64,000 nucleotides of DNA from the human T2T-CHM13v2.0 reference genome, Homo sapiens. This document shows, piece after piece, positions 15,762 to 30,426 of this stretch; the stretch's first letter is position 1; the number at the start of each line of letters is the position of its first letter. The notes under the pieces were generated by a model that was given only the letters and a program-made list of their open reading frames with translations, was not told the DNA's origin and did no database searches. The translations under genes and the position numbers were made by a program. Location: assembly GCF_009914755.1 (NCBI RefSeq), contig NC_060932.1; one strand, given 5' to 3'.

Positions 15762-18700
15762 ATCAGTCAGGGAAAGCAAGAAAAAGCTAGAATCCCTATA
15801 TAAGGGCTGGAGTCCACAAAGACAGACTGAAGTCTATGTCAGTTCCTGTTGCCTCTGACCTTGATGATGTGGGTGTCTACAGAAATCCCAGCCTTTCAGC
15901 ATGGCATTAAGCACACACATGCGGCCCAGGATTCCAAGAAGCTGAAGGAGGATCCAGAGGAAGGTGGAGTAGTTGCAGGCCTGGCTGCTGCCTCACACTA
16001 ACGAGATGACCCCACGATATGCAACAACATTGTGTAAGCTACAAAATCCCCAAGGCTTTGCTTCTGCTTTCCAAATATTCTAAGAGATCTTTCTCATGGC
16101 CCACTGTCTCTGTAAACACACAGGCAAGGGAATTCTGAGAACTGCCATTCAGCCTAGGCCAGTTGACCTTTTTCAAAGCTGTCCCCCACATCTTCCAGTT
16201 GGTCATGACAACTTTGTGTTACATTCTTTTTTGTCAGTTATTAAAAACTCACCCTAATTTAGACCAGAAACTTGAAGAACAATGTTGTATTCTTTTAGAA
16301 GTCTTAATGAAGAAATTCTTATTAACATCTTAACTATACCATACCATTAAACATTTGATTGAATATTCACTTAAATTAACTGCTCTGTTGGTTAGAACTG
16401 AGTTTGTCCGTAAATAGCATTAAGCCAAAAAGATGAAAAAAGAAAGAAAAACAGTTTAATAGCCTTAAACAAAATAGAAATATATTTGTTTCTCACACAA
16501 AAGAAATGAAGAAATCGGAAGGCTAGGATAGGTCTGCATATGAACATCAGGGACTTAGGTTTTTTCTATGAAGATAAGCCTTAGCATCTTAAGAGTTACT
16601 TCATGCTCCATGATAGCTGCTAGATTTCCGGCCATCACACCTGCTCCCCAGGGAGAGAAAAAAATCCGAAGAGCTCACTTCTTAGCTTACTGCTTCCTTT
16701 AAGCCCTTCTGGAAGTCCCAAAGAGCAACTTCTATTTACATCTCAGAGCTTAAAGAGAAGCTGGGAATTATAGCCTAGAGGCATGCCTATTGCTTAAGGG
16801 AAAAGGAATACTGGGAGGCAGATAGGAACATTTACCAGGAATAAAGACTGTCTATACAAATCATACTTACCAAGATGAAAGATTGCTTTCTTTCCTAGAG
16901 ATGAAAATGTTATCAAATATAATGATGAGCTTTACACCAGTTAATTTTGTGACAGGTGGCTTCATTTAACATTGTCGATAGTTTTGAAGCTCTGCACTTA
17001 CAATGGGAAGGTTATAAAACCCTCAAACTTTTAAGCTGAAGCAGTGGCAGTGGAAATAAAAGATACCCAAATTTTGCAGTCGAAGGCATAAAATTACTGT
17101 AAAAGTTGTGCAGAGTGTTATAAAAGCTCGGTGGGACTCTGGATGCTGGTTATCTGAGAGTACCAACCACATGAGCTAGAGATTCATTCAAAGAGGAGTT
17201 TCAATAGGGCCAAGGCTGGCACATTGCAATCCACAAGAAACAACCATAATTTGAACCAGATTGTGAAGAGTGCAGAGGCCAATCAAACAGGGGTTCATTC
17301 ATTTATCCGAGGGCATTTCTGCAATTACGAGAAGGAAAGATCTCTAAGAAAAGAAACTTGACAGGAATCCTGGGGACCTACAGAAATAGAGGGAGCTATG
17401 TAGAATTTACTTTGACCACAGAGTTAGTATCTGTTTTATGTCACAGCATGTGAGACTGAACTACCCACTATTCGTCTGTGGGTGTTAAAGATAATTATTC
17501 ATTCTACCATCACAACATTTTCCTAGAAGCATAATCTTAATGAAACCAATGCAGTGCTCCACCTTTGCTTTTACTTCCTTCCTTCTTCAGCATTAAAAAA
17601 AGAAAATTAGTTGGTTGACATTAGCTTGTCACTTAGCCATGTTGATTACTATATACAGAAAGTGACCACAACGTAATGGGGCTAACGTCTTACAAATGTA
17701 GTGGCATTTATGCACCCCAGTGAACACTACAAAATAGCTATGAGGGAAGAAGACACAGCTAAGGTGGTTACCATGGTTCAAAACATTTGGGAGTTCATCT
17801 TTTAGAATTTTTTGGCACTCACATGTGTGCTTGCTTTTTTCCATCATGCTTGGTCAATGAGAAATCAATGGCTCAAGGAGTTGGAGGGATTTCAGAACGA
17901 GTCTCTTCTATACTGTAGGCATCCTGGAGGCCCCAAGCATCAAGACCAAGAGTAGAAGCTCCAAGGACAAAGCATGCATGTTCAAATCCCAGCTCTGCTC
18001 CACACTAAGTGGGCAATGCTGGGTGAATTTCTTACCATCTGCTTGTCTCAGTTTCCTCTTCTGCAAAATGAGATACTAAGAATAGCTCTACAGCATAGGG
18101 TCTGAAGTAGGTCTTAGGTTTCAGGTAGGTTTTAAGTTTTTTTAGCTATCAGGTTAAGATCCCTGGGAGTGACCAGAAGAGAAGTATGGTATTGATGAAC
18201 AAATACATACAAATGTTAAACTTCTAATTTTTTTCTCACAGAATATTCTTAAGCAATTAAGTCTGAACAGCCAAGTACGTGCTGTTAAAAAAAGGGGAGC
18301 ACCTTTACAATTCATGTCTTAAATATTTTAAAAATCGTAAGTTCCCAGTAATGTAAATAAAGAGCAGAACAGGGCATTTCTAAACTCACACTGCTGCTTT
18401 GAAGACAAATTAAAAATAAATGAACTATTAAAGGGCAGGCTCTTGTTCCTCTTTTCTTTCCTTCAAGACTGCGCAATCCAAGCTCTATGCTCTGGAATGA
18501 TTTTACTGCCTTTCTTCAATAATTCAATGTACATGGAGCTGTGTCGGCCTGATAAGTCAAATTTAGTTTGAGGGAACAAATTAGAAAAATAGAATCAGTT
18601 ATTGGATAGTTTTAAAGACCTTTAACTCGTTTGATTACAGGCTTTACTAAATTTATTAAATCCATCTTTATTCTCTATTAAGAACTGAATGATTATCCCC

Positions 18701-19672
18701 AAACTGCCACGTACAAATAGGCCTGCCATCTGCTTTAGCTATGATAAGCCCTGGTTTAGATAGATCCCTCGGTTCCATGACTCACTCAAGAGTTCAGGAC
18801 AGAAGACTGAGTAAGCCTGCCTGCCAGCATTGCGTGGGTTTTGCCATGAAACTCTTCATGAGCTTTAGAAATGTTAATTTGCATTTGAGGTTTTGCAGGA
18901 ATACGTGAATGCACTTTTTCGGGGGTGGCTATAAAAACAACAGTTTAGACCAAAAGTGTTTTTTTGTTTGTTTGAATTCCTAGGTAGACCTCGATTTGAA
19001 AAAAATGCCATGTGGACTCTTGATGATCTATGTAGGCACTTTACAACTCATGGCCATGGGTAGCGTGTTCTGGTAGCTGACCTTGGCCATTGCCATTTCC
19101 TTCATTCTTCAAAAAGATACATTTGCTTTCAGGCAACATATTCTTGCCTAAACAACAAGAATAGTTATTGTTATGAATATATCTTTCTGGTTATGAACAT
19201 TGTACAAGCATTACCTGAAAGTGAGCTTGAAGCAGGCAGAGGAGAAATCTTTATTAATGCATAAAACAGGATTCTTTCAAATCTGAGATGAAAGACTGTT
19301 GGGAAGTATATATTTGCAATGGATTTCAACTATCACTTTTTTTCTTATTATTTGCTCTTTTTTTTCAATTTCAAAGTGTTAATCTGATGCTTTGAGAAAG
19401 GTTTCCTTTAAAAAATATTTTCAGATGTTCATGATTAACTCACTGTAGGCAGTTCAAAAGAAAATCTCTAGTACTCTTTTAAGGTCTAGAAAATAGGAAG
19501 AACATGTTTGTGTCTGGCACGATATTATATTTTGACCTTCAGAACACCAGCAGGGATGTTGCTAAGAGGCAATGCAGCAGACTTATATGAGTGTTAGATG
19601 AGAATATAAAAAGATAAACGTTTGATCATTGTTTCCCAAAATGCATTCTACTGGACAAAGGCACAGAATAAT

Positions 19673-19711
19673 ACACACACACACACAGAGAGAGAGAAAG
19701 AGAGAGAGAGA
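19673..19711. repeat. (CA)n(GA)n microsatellite
   Basis: ACACACACACACACAGAGAGAGAGAAAGAGAGAGAGAG. Confidence 0.9.
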
Positions 19712-19914
19712 ACAGAAAAAAAGGTGGGGGGGAGAGAAAGAGGGAATACCATGATCAAATAAACTTGGGAAATGCTCATACTCTATCCCTGCCAAAAGAC
19801 ACCCAATACACTTTACTATTTTAAAAGAGTATGAAGTGCTCTGCAGTAAATAAATCTGTAATCCATAATTTCTCCAAGTATTTAAACCACAAAATCCTTA
19901 TCACTTGAGATTAG

Positions 19915-20226
<312 letters not shown>

Positions 20227-21436
20227 AGGACTTTGTGTTTTTGATAAAACACTTTGGGAAATATTCTCTTAATAATCACCAGTTGATTCTTTTATAAAGG
20301 ATTAGAATATGCAATAATTATATATATAGTGGGCTTTTTAAAAGTGGATTTTAATTTTTAAAGTGATTTTAGGTTCACAGCAAAACTGTGAGGCCAGTAC
20401 AGAAATATTCCGCATACATCTTGCACCGTCACATGCACATCCTCCTCTGTTATCAACATCCTCCCTCCCCAGAGTGGAACATTTGTTACAATTGATAAAC
20501 CTACACTGACACATCATTATTATGCAGAGTCCATAGTTTTACATTAGGATTTACTCTTGGTGATACGCATTCTATGAATTTGCATAAATGTATAATGACA
20601 TGTATCCACCACTGTAGTAGCATATAGAATAGTTTCACTGCCCTAAAAATTGTCTGTGCTCCATCTATTTACCCCTCCCACCTCCCAAACTCTGGGAATC
20701 GCTGATCTTTCTACTGTCTAGGTTTGCCTTTTCCAGAATGTCATACAGTTGGAATCATATAGTATATAACCTTTTCAGATTGGCTTCTTTCACTTAGTAA
20801 TATGCATTTAAGTTTCCTTTATGGCTTTTTATAGCTTAGTAGCTCATTTATTTTCAGCACAGACTAATATTCTATTGTCTGAATGTACCACCATTTATTT
20901 ATTCATTCACCTACTGAAAGAAATCTTGGTTGCTTCCAAATTTTGACGATTATAAATAAAGCTACTATAAATACCTGCATGCAAATTTTGGGGAACGTAA
21001 GTTTTTAATTCCTTTGGGTAAATACCAAGTAGCATGATTTCTGGATCGTATGGTACGAGGATGTTTAGTTTTATAAGAAACTGTCAAACTGTTTTTCAAA
21101 GTAGCTATATCATTTTACATTCCCACCCACAATGAATAAGAGTTTCTGTTGTGCCACACCCTCATGAGCATTTGGTGTTGTCAGTGTTCTGGAATCCGGA
21201 CATTCTAACAGGTAGGTAGTGGCATCTCACTGTTGTTTTCATTTGCATTTCCCTGATGATGTATGATGTGGAGCATCTTTACATATGCTTATTTACCATC
21301 TATATATCTTTTGTTGGTGAGGTGTCCGTTCAGGTCTTTTTTGGAGCCCATTTTTTATTGGGTTGTTTGTGTTCTTATTGTTTAGTTTTAAGAATTCTTT
21401 GTATATTATGGACAATTTTTTTGTTGTTATTTTTTT

Positions 21437-22459
<1,023 letters not shown>

Positions 22460-22829
22460 TAAGGTCATCTAGATTTTCTCCTATGTCTATCTTCTAGATT
22501 TTATACATTTGCATTGTACATCTGTGTTCCATTTTGAGTTAATTTTTGTGAAGGGTGTAAAGTTTGTGTCTACATTAATTTTTTTCACCTTCAATTATCT
22601 CCATAGGTTTATAACAGTAGAATGTTTAAGTTTTGTCTTTAGACGCCAAGAGACAAGGCTTTATTTTTGTTACCTTCAACTAAGCACTGTCTGTACACAC
22701 CTCTGTCATCACAATGATCGCACTCTGGCTTAATGATCTCATTTACCAGTTTGTAAGTGGACAATGACAGCAGTTGTCCCCTGAAACCCAGAACTTACTA
22801 CAGGGCCTTGGCACATTACAAACATAATA

Positions 22830-23330
22830 ATGGCTAACACTTACTGAACAGTTACTATGTGTCAGCCCTTGATGTAAATGCTTTAAATTTATTAGCACAT
22901 TTTCGCCTCACACCAACACCATTAGGTATGTTCTTATTATCCTCATATTACAGATGAGAAGCCTTGAGTTTCGGGCAGGTTGAGCAACTTGCCCAAGGTC
23001 ACACAGCTAGTAAATAAAAAGGGCCAATGCCTGAGCATTATGAGACCCACGAAGTCAAGGCTAAATGAATAAATGAATGAAAAGAGATAACATTTACTAA
23101 ATTCTTACTCTGTGCTAGGCATAATTCTAGGAGTGTTATGTCTGTTATCATTTTTATTCTTCACAATATTTGTATGAGGTGGGTGCAATTATTACCCTCT
23201 TATTTCTTTCAGAGGAGGAAACTGAGCAAAGAGAGTTTAAATTTACCCCAAATCACAAAACTAGTAAGTGATGGGGCCAGGATTAGAATTGACTCCCAAA
23301 GTCTTGTTTTTATGTGTTGAATGAATAAAT
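22830..23330 (-). mobile_element. MIR fragments (two)
   Basis: MIR core motifs TTACAGATGAG...ACTTGCCCAAGGTCACACAGCTAGTAA and CAGAGGAGGAAACTGAG...TCACAAAACTAGTAAGTG. Confidence 0.7.
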
Positions 23331-24527
23331 AATTAAGCATTAAAAAATGAATTATAATACAACTTAGTATGGAATCACACATCTAAAAAAGTTTTCATAG
23401 GAATCACAGCCCTACGAAAATAACTAATCTCAGAAAATGTCTGACACAACTTTCAAGCAGCAATAAAAAGTATGGTTAGTGGTCTCCACTATGAAATTCT
23501 CCAAATAGATGTATGTGTAGTCTACACTGGAGAAAATATTTTGGTGAAGCCTTTCTTTTTGTGACTGATATCTCTAAAGAAAAAATCCATTTGATTTGGC
23601 CCCTCTTGGGAAAACAGATTTGAAAGATTTTTAAATCAATCATGTACAAAAAAGAAAGTAAATCATCATAGAAAAAACCCTAGATAATTTTCAAATTTCT
23701 TCACAAATAGAACATTCCTATTCTATATTCTCCACACTTCCCTCTTTAAAAATATTCCTCAGCTCCAAACTTTCCTGAAGGAGCAGGAGCCAGAAATAAA
23801 TGGAAAAAACTTTGTATTTTCATCGACAGCACTGAGAGGGCAGTTCTCTGCTACCCAACGGCTGCATAATGTTCAGCAAAATTTTGCCTGTCTGGATTTA
23901 TGAAGTATAAAAAATGGCCATCATTAGATCTGAAAATGATGAGACTAGTCCTGAAATCACCGTGTCAACATTTAGAAACTGCAGTGGAAAGAAAATAAAA
24001 ATAATTAAATTTTTTGTGGCAGAAGGTGTCGGCACACAGAGCACAAGCAGCCATTTCCACAGGGAAGCATTCGTCTTAAGTGTGCCATAGATGGTGGCCA
24101 GGAGCAGGCAGTCGGGGCAGATGTGTGAAAGAAAGCTTGCATTACTTTGGTGTCTGCAGAAGAAAGGATGGTTATATCCTCACTCTAAGTTACATTGGCT
24201 CTTTCCATGAATATCAAATCTTGCTACCGCAGTTAGTCTGAGAATGACCAAGCATCTTCTACAGTGAACAGAGGCACTCTGTGGATAATAATTACGCCTA
24301 TTAGTGAGCACACCATGTTAAGAACAATTCTGTTTAACTGATATATATTCTCTTATTTAATCTCAAAAAACTCTGAGTAGGTACTATTACCAACTTCATT
24401 GTATACATGAGGAAACCAAGACACGGACAAATTAATTGTCCACAGTAAAATAAAACAGGTAGAAAAGAAAAGTCTGGGATTAAAAGAGAGACAATCTGAC
24501 TCCAGATACCATAGATACCACCCCTCC

Positions 24528-26081
24528 CTTTTTTTTTCTTTTCTTTTTTTTTTTTTTTTTTTTTAGACGGGGTCTTTCTCTGTTGTCAAGGCTAGAGAGC
24601 AGTTAAACAATCATAGCTCACTGCTGCCTCAATCTCCTAGGCTCAAGCAATCCTCTTGCCTCAGTCTCCTTAGTAGCTGGTGTGTCTGGAATTGGTGGGT
24701 TCTTGGTCTCGCTGACTTCAACAATGAAGCCACAGACCCTTGTGTTGAGTGTTACAGTTCTTAAAGATGGTGTGTCCGGAGTTTGTGCCTTCAGATGTTC
24801 AGATGTGTCCAGAGTTTCTTCCTTCTGGTGGGTTCGCGGTCTCGCTGGCTTCAGGAGTGAAGCCGCAGATCTTCATGGTGAGTGTTACAGCTCTTAAAGG
24901 CAGCGCATCTGGAATTGTTGGTTCCTCCTATCCAGACTTGTTCATCCCTCCCGGTGGGTTCGTGGTTTCGCTGGCTTCAGGAATGAAGCTGCAGACCGTC
25001 GCGGTAAGTGTTACAGCTCATAAAGGCAGCGCGGACCCAAACAGTGAGCAGCAGCAAGATTTAGTGCGAAGAGCAAAAGAACAAAGCTTCCACACTGTGG
25101 AAAGTGACCCAAGCGAGTTGCCACTGCTGGCTCAGGCAGCCTGCTTTTATTCCGTTATCTGACCCTACCCACATCCTGCTGATTGGTCCATTTTACAGAG
25201 AGTTGATTGGCCCATTTTGACAGGATACTGATTGGTACGTCTACAAACCTTGAGCTAGACACAGAGTGCTGACTGGTGCATTTACAATCCTTTAGCTAGA
25301 CACAAAAATTCTCCAAGTCCCCACCAGATTAGCTAGACATAGAGCATGGGATTGGTGCGTTTACAAACCTTTAGCTAGACACAGAGTGCTGATTGGTGCA
25401 TTTACAAACCTCTAGATAGACACAGAGTGCTGATTGGTGTGTTTACAATCCTTTAGGTAGACAAAAAAGTTCTCCAAGGCCCCCACCCGACCCAGAAGCC
25501 CAGCTGGCTTCACCTCTCAATGGTAGTGGCCGCGGGACTTTGCAGCCCTAGCCTGGGCACTCTGGCAGCCCAGAGGGAGCTCGTCCCCCGATCAAGCCCA
25601 GCAGGCGCCCAGCAGGGCGCGCTGAGTGTGGGGCCCACCGAGCCCGCGCCCACCGGGAACCTGCACCGGCCCGCCGGGAACCTGCACCGGCCCGCGAGCG
25701 CTGGGTGCTCAGCCCGGGCTCCCGCCCACGCCTCTCCTTCCACACCTCCCTGCCAGCAGAGGGAGCCAGCTCCAGCCCAGGCCAGCCCCAGAGAGGGGCC
25801 CCCACAGCACGGCGGCGGGCTGAAGGGCTCCTCCAGCGAGGCCAGAGCAGACGCCCAGGCCGAGGAGGCCCCGGGAGCGAGGGAGGGCTGCTAGCACGTT
25901 GTCACCTCTCACTGGGATTACAGACGTATGCCACTACATCTGGCTAATTTTTTTAATGTTTTGTAAATACGGGGTCTTGAAATGTTTCCCAGGTTGGTCT
26001 CAAACTCCTGACCTCAAACAGTCCTTCTGCCTCAGCCTCCCAACTTGCTGAGATTAAAAGTGTGAACCACCACGCCCAGCT
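24528..26081 (-). mobile_element. AluJ split in two (24528-24680 and 25912-26081) by an LTR12
   Basis: The Alu reads ...TAGTAGCTGG [LTR12] CTGGGATTACAG... continuously when the insert is removed. Confidence 0.9.
24681..25911 (-). mobile_element. Solo LTR12 (ERV9 LTR, 1231 bp)
   Basis: Minus strand TGAGAGGTGACAACGTGCTAGCAGCCCTC...CCCACCAATTCCAGACACA. GC-rich U3, tandem CCAATCAGCACTCTGTGTCTAGC units, AATAAAAGCAGGC box. 4-bp TSD CTGG (24677-24680, 25912-25915). Confidence 0.97.
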
Positions 26082-26114
26082 GAAATCCACCCTTTTAACA
26101 TTCTATGCTAGAGG

Positions 26115-26415
26115 AGTGCAAACAGCAACAGGCTGACCAAATCAGTCCACTGCCTCTTATTCCAGTGGCCCATGAACTAAAAATAGTTTTTACACTACTG
26201 GTTAGGGGGGAAAAAAAAGAATATTTTGTGACACATGAAAATCATATAAGTTTCACATTTCATTGTTAATACGTAAAGTTTCATTGGAACACACTGTCTA
26301 TGAATGCTTCTGTGCTACAGTGGCAGAACCGAGTAGTTAAAACAGGTGAAGGGCCTGCAAAACCAACAATATTTCTTCTCTGGCTCATTACAGGAAAAGT
26401 TTTCTGATGCCTTGT
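26115..26415. mobile_element. MER58-like hAT-Charlie DNA transposon fossil
   Basis: GTAAAGTTTCATTGGAACAC...GCTACAGTGGCAGA...AGTAGTT...GGCCTGCAAAACC...AATATTT...ACAGGAAAAGTTT. Confidence 0.65.
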
Positions 26416-28859
26416 TTGTGCAATACTGAGCAGGGGGCTGAGAAGGGTATTTCAAATATGCAGTACCCGACTGATGATCTGTCCTTCCACTGCTGTCCGG
26501 GTGAACCTTCCATTCCACCTACTTCCATCGATCTCATTTTCATCTTTGCTCTTGTGTGAGAATGTGGCACAACAAATTTCTGACCCACCACTGATAAGTT
26601 AGCTTATTTTGTCTTGAAACATATGGAGAGAAATACAACTATGATACACCAGCAAAGATGAATGAGGACATTCTATGCAAAATTGAATTAGAAAGCCAAG
26701 TTTCCCAAGTACAGTTATTGTGACTTGAAAAAATATTCGGGCCATTGTTCAAGGTGGAAAGGGGGCATAAACATCCAAAATTTTTCCTAATTAGATTTCT
26801 CTCATCAAAGAATAAAAGGTTAAGCTCTTGCCCAGAGAAGGCAGTCTCTTTAGCTGATCCAGTCACTAAACTACCTTTACTGTAGCTCAGCAATTCTCAT
26901 CTGAGAATAAGAAAATGCAAGTGAGTCACTCTTGCTGAAGACACCTGTGTGCATAAAACAGCAATCAACAAGGAAAAGGAAAAGGTAATTGGGAAAGTAG
27001 TGCTTCAGCTTCCCAGATGGCTGTATTTTAAATATTTTAATAAATAAATTAAGTCCATGTTTAATTTAAACATGAGTTTGATCAAAAATTCAGCTGAATA
27101 CTTCATGCCTGGCTTTTATCTCCCAGAAATCGCTATAGCAACAGCACAGGAGCCTGACTCAGCATTTCCTTAACCACAGTTAAGTGGGTAACCAATCAAA
27201 GATGTGAACTCGATGAAAAGACCATAAAATATACATCATTAAACTGGTAAAGCTCTGGTTTTCTCTTGAATTAATATGCATTCCATAAGAACAGGAAGCC
27301 AGTGGGTAAATATGATTATCTCCAAAGAGGAACTATTACCCTGTGCTCTCAAGGGGACTCATCTGAATATGTACAGTGGATTGAAAGGTCTACAAGAGCT
27401 TGATTCTTTGACATCATGTGGGTTTTTCTCTCTGTTCCTTTATGCAGCTCTTAACCTCCACAGACTCTCTACTAGCTAGCGGCATTAAGTCTTTAATACA
27501 AAAGGTTTTTCCATGATGGAGTAAAGCAGCAAAGGAAAAGTCAAATAGAGCAGCCTTGTAGGCTGCCAGTAATGTAGGTAGTGCAGTTTTACACAGGTGA
27601 TGACATCCCAGGGGCAAAACCGGAGGGTATAACTTCACATTCTTGATCCAGAATATAGCTAAGTCTATCAGGAGAAGAAACTGGCTTCCCTTATGGTTCC
27701 TTCAAAATAATTAAACAGGAGATATGGTATAGCATGACTGTGAACTATCTGCACCTTTGATGGCTTTTTCCTATGGTTCTCAAGAAGAGTCTAAGATGCC
27801 TTCAAAATCAAACATTTAAAAATCGAACAACTTCATTTTATAGATGAGGAAACTGAGGCTGTAAGAATTGAAGTACATGTCCAGGTTCATCCAGCTGATT
27901 TATGGGAGAGTGATGTTTTTATGGAGGCTCCAAGTATTTCATTTCCATTATATTTACCACCCTGCCTCCCTGCTCTTCCAAGCATGGAGCCAATTGTTTC
28001 AAAAGATGATGCTGGAACACTATACATTCTACTGAACTCTGGGTTGCCAAAAGCTAGCATTGCTTGTTGAAACACATTGTTAAAAACATGTGTCTAGAAT
28101 GGGAGAAGACATTCTCATGGCTGGTTCTGTCTTGGAGAGGTGGTGAACACTCAGTGTAATATGATCGAGACAAGTGAGGCAAGTTTAAAGTTGCTGCCTA
28201 TGGCATCACCCTTGAAAGGCAGTGAATCAATCAGTAGAAAGTGTTTTGATCTTTGAAGTACACTAACACTTTAGGTAAGCTAATTCAGAAGAATCTATTA
28301 GGAAAAGGCATAATATGGTAGACATTTTCTTTTCAACTACAATAGTATTCCATTATACATACTCAATAGATTCTAGGAGAAAACAGTTGTTTTGGCAGGG
28401 TTCAGCATTTCTTCAGTTATTAGGGATGTTGTAGAAAAATAGGGAATGTTTATTTGCAAGGTCACTCTCATTACTAGGAAATATGGTAGTTGGGGCTAAG
28501 TTGGAACAAATCCACAGTTGCATAAACATGCCCTGCCCTCCCACTCCTTCACTTTATTGCACACATTCCTTCTACGGCCTGAAAAAAATTCTTACTTTTC
28601 TTTCTACTTTCAATATTCAAGTCAAGGACTGGCTTTTCCAGGAGCTTTTTTGATCTCCCAAACCAAGTTGGTGGCTACTCATGTACAACTGAAGACCTCG
28701 CTGCTTTTCTTCATATTTCTATCACTGAACTTACAAGGTTATATTGTGACTCATATTTTGTGTTTGCTTCTGTCTTCCATTAGACTATAAACTATTTGAG
28801 ACCAAAGGACTCAATTTTATTTACCATTGCTCCCCATAATACTTAGAATGTGTAGGTGC

Positions 28860-29214
<355 letters not shown>

Positions 29215-30128
29215 CTAATTTTTTTATGGTGGGCACATTCCAGCAGTTCACCAATCTCCTTCCTAAAGGCATGCCCTTGAAGACTTTGATATTTTATTCT
29301 TTCACATACATTGACATTATTCTTTCATTCTTAAATGAACTAAATCATTTTGCTAAAATTCAGAAGTAGCCTGAATGCTGAAGCTGGCTGTGATTGCCCA
29401 GCAGGTTGAAGGTCTCCAAAAGTAGTGCACTTTGCTGGGGATGCTGGGGTGGTGAGAGTTGCACATGTGTTCTTCATCATAGTGGTTTTCAAGCTCTTTT
29501 GACCCAGATCCACAGTGAGATATACATATTACATTATAACTATGTATTTCATAGCTTTAGAGCCAGGCTTCTGGGTTTGTGCCCTGGATCTAGAATTTAC
29601 CAATTCTCTGTCCTTGGGAAATTGTTTAATCCCTTGGTTTACTCATTTGCAAGTTTGGGTTGGTAATGAGACCTATCTCTTAGAATTGTTATGAGTATTC
29701 ACTGAGTTACTATATATAAAGTTCTGACAACAATGTTGGGCACTACCTCAGTGTCAATCATTATATTATTCCTTATTTGCATAAGTGAAACTAGAAGTTT
29801 ATAAAATAATACCCGTATTATCTGAAATCTAAAAAAAAAAGCATTTGTCATAAAACTTTAAATTGATTTTACAACCCAACATTGAGTCTCAACCTTCAAT
29901 TTGAAAATAACAATGCTTATCAATTTCTTATCAAATTTCCAATTTGAAATTAATAATGCTTATCCTTCTCTTTTAGTATATTCATTTTGCTAGAGTTTGG
30001 TAAAAACTCATTTTGCTACAGAATGGGCATAGAGACTATAAAATTTCAGTGAGAAAGAGACAATAAGAGTGGGTGCTTTCATCTCCCTGACTTATTTCAA
30101 GGATTTGATGAGCAAAAAAGGAGTTATG

Positions 30129-30426
30129 GAGCTGGGTGCAATGGCTCATGCCTGTAATCCCAGTACTTTGGGAGGTTTAGGTGGGGGGATCGCTTAAAGC
30201 CAATAGTTTGAAACTAGCCTGGCTATATAGTGAGACCTTGTCTCTACACAAAGTAAAAAATTAGCTGGGCCTGGTGGCGCATGCCTGTAGTCCAAGTTAC
30301 TCAGGAAGCTGAGGTGGGAAGATCACTTGAGCCCAGGAGTTTAAGGCTGCAGTGAGCTATGATCACACCACTACATTCCAGCCTGGGCAACAGAGTGAGA
30401 TCTTGTTTCAAAAAAAAAAAAAAAAA
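30129..30426 (+). mobile_element. AluJ
   Basis: GATCACTTGAGCCCAGGAGTTTAAGGCTGCAGTGAGCTATGAT and a poly(A) tail. Confidence 0.93.

Noticed and set aside
25230-25460. Regularly spaced ~40-bp repeats resembling a CRISPR array
   Set aside because: These are the standard LTR12 U3 tandem CCAAT units with no unique spacers, in eukaryotic DNA.
24682-25947. Cluster of overlapping ORFs and CpG-island-like GC richness
   Set aside because: Entirely within the LTR12. It is not a host gene or host CpG-island promoter.
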